A stretch of DNA of 64,000 bases from Tubulanus polymorphus (taxonomy: Eukaryota; Animalia; Nemertea): positions 1,054,001 to 1,118,000 of the forward strand of contig NC_134032.1 in the NCBI RefSeq assembly GCF_964204645.1. The letters are read 5' to 3'. The notes below the pieces were generated by a model. The model searched no databases. It was not told the origin of the DNA and saw only the letters and a list, made by a program, of their open reading frames with translations. A program made the position numbers and the translations under genes. Below, piece by piece: positions 60,546-64,000 of the stretch (the first letter of the stretch is position 1; each line of letters opens with the position of its first letter).

Positions 60546-61760
60546 TAATACTCAGAGAGGATCTGATCCGAACAATCACGCTAGTGTTCCCCTCTCTGAA
60601 ATGAACTGTGACTCGAGTTTCTTCAAGTGGGGTAAGAGTAGATTTATTAGACCTCTACGACAATTTTCTGCGAGTTAATCTTCTCATCATTCGGCGCGAA
60701 ACAGCACTCAATGCTGGTAAATCTGCCTGGTCCACCTTAATACATCTAAAACGGATGCGAAGAAGTCGCCACGAGGAATTACAAGCACAATTCGTAAGCA
60801 GGTAGGACTGGTCATTAAAGGCCACCAGTCACGAAATTGTTACGCCTTCCATGACGACGTTGGTACGGAGGCTTGACTGAAACCTCAAAAGCTACGAACA
60901 GGTAATCCCAAAACTCATGAAAAAGCTTTGGAAAGGTTTTGTGGCTGCTATGTCGCTCCCCTCCCTTCCATGAATCCAATCTGTCGGATTCCCAGCATTT
61001 TTCGAAAACTACGACTTGAGAATTAAGTTTCGGTAAACGGAACAATTTGAAACAACATCTGACACGAAATGATTTAAAAACACTGCGAAATATTTCGGGT
61101 TTATTTTTCTACTCTAATACACTATTAACCACAACTGAAGTAACGACTGTTAACATGTATCGTCGATTTCAAGCCAGGAAAACGGGTCGGAACAGGGAAG
61201 AAATCAAACTGCAACGGGTAGAAGTAGATTAACACAAGGCATCTACAACTGCTGCTGAAAATGTTTTGCTCGTTTTTCTTAAAAGTGCAAATTTATCAAA
61301 CAATTTCACAACAGTACTGCCCCTTAAAAATCAATCGTGCTCGGCCATAGTCGGTCCATCCTCGCTTGCCAGGGGTGTCGGTATCACTCCCGAACTCGCT
61401 TCCACCAGCCCCCTGGCCTCACGAAGCTCGATTTCATTGCTGGCGCTGTTGCGCATGACGCCATTTTATCGATTTGCGAAATACTTCCCTGTTCGGTAAA
61501 ACGTTCGCTGATTGGTCCATTTAACGGGAAAACCAACAGAAGCCCAATGTCGTTTGTTACAAGCGCTGTGATTGGTACGACCGGATTCTGGTCGGCTACT
61601 AACAACTCGTGAGGTCAAGGGGTTCGTGAAACGGCTTTAGCTTAGTGGGTTCGAATCCCTTGACGGGTGAAGATGTAGTCGGTTTCAAAATCGTCATTCC
61701 AGTTTTCCTACAAACTGGACTCCCCAGTCCTATTCAAATAATTCTATCACCCCTCCAATG

Positions 61761-61838
61761 AGCCGCCGTGGCTAAGTGGTTTGAGCCGCCGGTTTCTGGC
61801 CTCGTCAATCCACGGAGTCACGGGTTCGAATCCTGGTG
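61761..61838 (+). mobile_element. tRNA-derived SINE head (related copy on the minus strand at about 33808-33885)
   Basis: A box TGGCTAAGTGG and B box GGTTCGAATCC; no convincing anticodon arm. Confidence 0.5.
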
Positions 61839-63202
61839 GTAACAGAATTTCTTGGTCGAAGGTTCTTCGTTGGCCTCCCCCGATTTTTTTGGCGAAAAAG
61901 AAACTCAGAATCTGCTAGCGTAATCCTTATGGCGGAACTTGGTAAAGATATTCGTGCTGGAAACGTTGCCGGCGAAGGCCCCCAGAAAAGTTTGGAAATT
62001 CATACGCCTGGAAATGCGTTCTAGACGTTTCTGAACTCAATTTTCAGTGTGCATGAAGCCAAACGACCTTGAGACGGTTAGAGAAAACGACGTGTGGAGG
62101 TTCGATCCCGGAAATCCTTTGATTTTTTTTCCTAGGATGCAGCGGAATGCCACAATTAGCCCCGCACACCCCACGCTACGGGCATGTTTTAAAGTCATTC
62201 CTTCTACAATACACTAGCCACATCTTTATCGCTCAACTCTTAATAGTCTTCGACTACAAATATACTTCAATCTGAAGAAGTCGAAGACCGCAAAATCGTA
62301 AAATCTGACACTGACACGACTGAAAGCGTCGGGATTCAAACGGGGACCGACCGCTATTCAGACGACGCGTGACTTCAGTGTGCGGAGGGCTAGTGCGCGG
62401 TGTGCGAGAACTCGCTCTTATGCCACCACGTGTCGCACCAGTGCTCGATTATCGAGAAGACGCTGCGTTATTGCTTATCACAGCGTGTATTGTGTATACA
62501 CGGCGCGCGCCGTCCGTAAGAGAAATCCGCACACTACACAATATACCACACACCGTATGGCGCTGCTCCGTCTCAGATACGTGTATTCGGATATAGATTA
62601 TAGGTTATGTCGCCTTTTAACATTCGGACAAACTAAATACTGATTCGGGGATTAGATATAGTCACGGAATACGGTTAAATCTGGGTGTAAGTATATGTGT
62701 CTAAATGTGTAAGATGAAGTCTAGTCGGTCTGAAGCACAGAGTAGCGATCAGAGTGTCTGGTTTTATCTTATATATATCGACTCTCCACACGTTGCGAGT
62801 TGAGAGTAACAGCTCGAACCGAGTAACAATATACGCCGCGCTGCTGTCTGCGAGTCGATTTTAAAGGGACAAGGGGGCGACGTGTGAGAGAAAATGTATT
62901 TAAATAGGATTTAATTAGTGAATCGTAAACGTTTCTTCTCGAAAGGATACTGGTATAGTTCACTTAGTGATAATACTGTCTGCCGGTTCTTTCTAGCTAG
63001 CTCGGTCACTCGGGCGAATCTTCGGTCGCTATCAGGATAACAAAACTGTGTAGTTTTGATCTATCGAGTGATATTTTATTGTATTCTCGCTTCTGAAAAC
63101 CACCTTTCGTAAAAAATATGAACAAGGATTACCGTCAGATTCTATTTGTGCAGTATGATTTTGCATTGATTATTGGATCCGCTATATTTTAGATATAACT
63201 AA

Positions 63203-63424
63203 GGCTAAACAAAAATGATACCTTGTTTCTCCGCAGCGGCCGGGTCATTTTTGTAAAATATGATAAAATTTGTAAACAGTTCATTTCTATAGCGGCCGGG
63301 TCTGTTATGGTAAAATTGATCACGATTTAAAAAAAAAAGTAATGTATAGGGTAGATAGGCGGCCGGCCGGGTCAACATTTAAGCTCAGCAGAGCGGAGAA
63401 ACAAGGTGTCAATTTTTTTTGGCC
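63203..63424 (-). mobile_element. PIF/Harbinger-type MITE
   Basis: TAA|GGC...GCC|TAA, reverse orientation. Confidence 0.88.
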
Positions 63425-63469
63425 TAAGGTTTATTGATCAGATTAAACCCTAGCCATGTAAGTGGGCCC

Positions 63470-63723
63470 AGAGTTGAATTAAACCCGCACTTTTGGAACT
63501 AGATCCCAGGTTAGATTATTAAGATCCGGGCGCAACTGCGGAACTGGGTCCACTGTTGAATTAAACCCGCACTTTTGGAACTAGGTCCCAGGTTAGATTA
63601 TTAAGATCCGGGCGCAACTGCGGAACTGGGTCCACTGTTGAATTAAACCCGCACTTTTGGAACTAGGTCTCAAGTTGAATTATTAAAATCCGGTCGGAAC
63701 TTTCGAACTGGGTCCACTGTTGA
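63470..63723. repeat. About 82-bp tandem repeat, about 3 copies
   Basis: GTTGAATTAAACCCGCACTTTTGGAACTAG...GGAACTGGGTCCACT repeated. Confidence 0.85.
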
Positions 63724-64000
63724 AAATATCAAAATCCACGCAACTATAAGGAGCTTGGATCGATATTTCGATTGAAGCCGCAACAACCCGTGCAACCGGA
63801 ATCAAATTTACAACTGTTTGCGTTACAGGATCTGGGGCCAGTTTCGCGAAAAAGTTTAACTCAAATTTTTTGATTAATTGCCATTGGTTACTTCATGTTT
63901 TCAATGAGGACAACAATTCAAACTTAACTGTTTTAAGCTTACACTTTTTCGTGAAACTGGGCCCTGAACTATGTATCCTAGTAACAATAGACACTATTAT

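Overview
Eukaryotic (invertebrate metazoan-like, AT-rich, GT-AG spliced) genomic DNA, not prokaryotic. Most short ORF-track entries are artefacts or single exons. Manual splicing gives seven protein-coding genes: (1) an intronless class A GPCR (1178-2149, +); (2) a 3-exon secreted prepro-protein absent as a whole from the ORF track (4745-6121, +, 213 aa) with a signal peptide, acidic propeptide, RLKR site and a Cys-free mature domain whose motif order resembles barnase/RNase Sa microbial ribonucleases; (3) acireductone dioxygenase ADI1 (6856-9109, +, 4 exons); (4) PRPF6 (10989-31589, +, 22 exons, 928 aa); (5) a 942-aa, largely low-complexity, two-exon unknown protein (36239-32490, -); (6) a divergent calmodulin-like gene (37068-39515, +), head-to-head with gene 5; (7) an intracellular I-set Ig-domain gene (41664-55786, +) with two alternative terminal exons (soluble versus membrane-anchored) and about 60 tandem copies of one of its splice donors. 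The rest is a dense mobilome: a TTAA piggyBac-type MITE seen only in PRPF6 introns (one per intron), PIF/Harbinger-type and TA-flanked MITEs, tRNA-derived CORE-like SINEs, a decayed pogo-like transposase, a LINE RT relic and many mini/microsatellites. All models were built by eye; no searches were run.
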